Shown here piece by piece: positions 60,701-64,000 of a DNA stretch of 64,000 nucleotides. Source of the stretch: Carcharhinus amblyrhynchos (Eukaryota). Under the pieces are notes generated by a model. It worked only from the letters and a program-made list of their open reading frames with translations. It was not told the DNA's origin and searched no databases. The position numbers and the translations under genes were made by a program. The stretch is from assembly GCA_965287045.1 (NCBI GenBank), contig OZ336873.1:35340001-35404000 (forward strand), read 5' to 3'. Positions within the stretch are counted from its first letter, which is position 1; each line of letters opens with the position of its first letter.

Positions 60701-63700
60701 GAAAACCTAATTTCACAAAAGGGAAGAAAGGAGGTTTTGAAAAGTGCTTTCCATCTATCCCCATAACCCAGCAGCACAAATTCTTGCAAAAACAGAAGGT
60801 CATAACTTTAAGCCAAATGACAATCTTGAAATAACTTCTACCACACTCCTTCATTTACAAAATGTATATTCTTCAAATCATCACCATAATTTAACCCTAT
60901 ATTTACATTTAACCCAATATATATTGGTTGATGGTAGTTATCCTTCCATTAAACATAATCTCCTCTGTACAGACAGGAGGACTTTCATTAGACAACTGTG
61001 AGTGACGCTGCTTTATTCCATATCTTTAAAAGTAACATTAAAAACGTAAGCTTACCGGCAGTACTTCTGTAGGATGCTCTGTTCCCCCTGCAGCTGGTAT
61101 TTTTGTTTGAAAGTTTTGAACAATTTTACTAGTGTACTGCAGACCTAATTAATTATTTCATTACTAACAGAGGCCTAAATCCCGCCCCAATGCACATTGG
61201 AAATGATGTGAGGCCTGTAATCGGATCTTCAACAAGAGTTTCCCATTTTATCAAAACAAGGCGACACATGTACACAATTACTAACCAAAAAAAAACAAAA
61301 AGCCAGAAATCTGCACTTTAGGCTGTACAATTTTTAAAAACATACTTGCTGAAATCCTACTGTTCTGAAGAATCTTACTATATATAAAACTCAGTGGTTC
61401 TCTTTGTAAAGCATTTACAAACAATTAAAACCTATCCGTGCACATTTAATTTACTCTATACTGGAGCTGCAGATTTAGACTGCAACCAATTTTAATAGAG
61501 ACAGTAAGGCTAAACAACGGTTACCAATTTAAGGAACAAGATGAAAAATAATCCAAGTAGATAAAATATTAAAACTCACGATGAAATTGGTGAAGGAAGC
61601 TGCTGAGTTTTGTTCTGGTCTTGGATCTTTCTATTTTCCTATATTCATATATAACATTCCACAATATGGAACGTGCTTTTCATTGAAAACCCATTGTAAG
61701 TATCTGTTATTCCAGTAGGTGATGCTATGATTGGTATTTTCAATGTTAAAGGTGTCACACTGTGTGACACACAATAGCCTCCTTTTCTATCGTATGCATA
61801 CCGTATTCTTATAGCACAAACTGTGCACTGAGATTCATAAATTGCTCAAAATGCTTTCTGATTTTTTTCTCCCTCATTCATCTTTTCCCTCTTTAGTAAC
61901 TGGAATTTCTATCATCCAAAATAGCGCAATAAACAAAGTAAAATATTCAAGCAAAAGATAGTCCACAATATTGTGATTAAATTTATCCAGTGAATTGCCT
62001 TTTCAGACTTGTAAGCCTTCAGTAAAGTTCTCAGAATCTTCCAAAAACTGGTCTTGGATTTAATATTTTGCATACCTGTGTAATTATACACACTATTGGA
62101 TAGATGCCAGTACTGTAGCATTGACCAGTTCTGCTATGCGGGTCTTCAGACTTCAGCCACAATGTGCCCATTGTCCTTCTGACTGACTCCAAATTCAGAT
62201 AAGTAGATTTTAAAAATTAACCTTGCTGCAGCAACGCTTTAAGGCCATATATAGTTAGACTAAATACACGTCAGATTTTCTGGAGTGCAATTAGTACCCG
62301 TTGCCTCAGGCCAAACCAATCTTGCAGTGGGTGACTACACACCCTTGCACACCAATTTTTGTTTTTTTTTCAACATGGCACAGAGCACATTTCTGGCTCA
62401 TTACATCAAGCATGAGCTTCACATAGGAGCTGGTTAATGTCCATTGCATGGTCAGATTTCCAGGTCAAAGTCTTGTATGAATTCCACTTCTAGTAGAGGC
62501 TTTTCTACATCTTTAAGTAGGCCAATTTTTACCTTCCCTTAAAACTGACATGAAATTTAATAATCATCTTTACTCATGTACAGAGTTTAATGTTGCATGA
62601 AAGCATTTGTGAAATCAGATTCAAATCTGATTCGGAGCGTGAATACTACAGTCTTACAGGCACCTTTCAAAAATGATTTTAGTTTTCAGAGCTTTCAACA
62701 TTATCCAAGGTAGACTTGTAGACCTTCTTTACAGAAAGAATAACTCAGCAGCCAAGCTCTAAAGCTTCTGGTTCAACATTATTTGTGGCCACTTGTATAT
62801 CAGTAGTAAAATAGAAGTTCACTCCATCTGTACCTAGAATGGTTTACACTATTTCTTTACTTCAATACTAATTCACTCTGTTAAAGCAGGAATATCAAAC
62901 AAAACAAAAAAAATATTCCTATATTTGTTTCAATTTCTGCACATGTACATCCAATATTATTTCAACGTTTAAACATTACTATGACAGGCAAAGGGAATCT
63001 TGGGTAAATACAGCAAACATTCATAATTTGAGGCCTCCTTATCTTGTTTTTACGTTATGGATAAAAGAAAAAAAAATCCATCACCTTTTTCTTCCGATAA
63101 TGACCAGAAACACAATTTGTTGAGCTATTCTGCATTTCATTAACTTTTCAACTCATCGGAGCCTCTTTTCCCTCGGTCTCACTGGAATTTTTGGCAGGAT
63201 TTACGTAAAGCCAACTTGAGGTCCATCAGAAAGCACCACAAGTATTACCCATTACCAGCCTATTACTGGAAAGGCCTTTCTGCAGCTGGTGCAGATTTCG
63301 CAACTACAGCTTGCCATATATTGGGAAATTTTAAATAAATGCCTGCTGGAATTCAATAGTAGGTGAAACATTTCCCTTGATGGGTAATAGCAAACTACTG
63401 TCACTGCTATAGTAAGAGAGAGAGAGAGGCAGACAGACCATGTATGGAACTACCTAGAAGAAACAGTCATGTGGTGTGAAAGGTGTAGTCTCTTAAGAGA
63501 ATGTACCCCTCGTGATTTCTCTACTGGATCACCTACTGAGGTGATAAATAAAGAATTTTAGGAATAACAGCTGCTGTTATTATTAAATGGATAGCTCTGC
63601 CAGAGACCCACCACTGCAAGTAGTGTCAGCCAATGTAATCATAACTGGTCTAAAGACTAATGCATCATTTCTCCACAAACTATCACTGGTAACAGCAACA

Positions 63701-64000
63701 GAAGGAAACCTACCAGTCTCCAACCAATTCATCTCTTTAATGGGTTTTGCTTATTCTCCCATTCTCGACTCTTTTTTAAACCATTACTGCCTATGGACTT
63801 CCTCCCTTCTTTTTCTTGGCTTTCCCTGAACAGTCATCTGACAAAAATAAACTGTCAAAGAGCAGCATCCTGTAATTTCATTGCATAAACTCCTGCCCCA
63901 GGGTTTGCAGATCTTGGATTCTTCAAAGTTGCATTGAGCTTTAATCGCACATATGAAAATGTAAATGATGAGTTAGAAAAAAAACGCTACTGAATTCAAT

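Noticed and set aside
62613-62632. AATCAGAT-TCAA-ATCTGATT hairpin
   Set aside because: An 8-bp AT-rich stem is expected by chance in 64 kb, and bacterial-type terminators are irrelevant here.

Overview
This is vertebrate, repeat-rich, intronic DNA, almost certainly from a shark: it carries HE1-type V-SINEs, HER1/CR1 LINEs, Deu-domain SINEs, Rex1, L2, Tx1, Penelope and Harbinger relics. The whole window lies inside the 3' part of the multi-zinc-finger gene ZNF423 on the minus strand. Only two coding exons are present, 15826-15957 (132 bp) and 7503-7618 (116 bp), both with canonical GT/AG boundaries. They encode most of the last three C2H2 fingers. The neighbouring exons were not found and presumably lie outside the window. 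The remainder is decayed transposons, a 129-N assembly gap and repeat-free blocks that look like conserved non-coding enhancers. The long ORFs in the track are repeat-derived or spurious, and there is no CRISPR array or prokaryote-style system. The most notable oddities are: (1) stacked Tx1-like insertions punctuated by a recurring 13-bp motif; (2) a locally templated ~240-bp insertion flanked by a perfect 36-bp duplication; (3) several local inverted copies that could fold the pre-mRNA; (4) one SINE head carrying two different LINE-type tails; (5) decayed hammerhead cores in Penelope ends; (6) a convergent two-gene Harbinger relic; (7) a possible intronic-polyadenylation isoform that would alter ZNF423's last finger. 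Exon coordinates are exact. Repeat boundaries were read by eye and are approximate.
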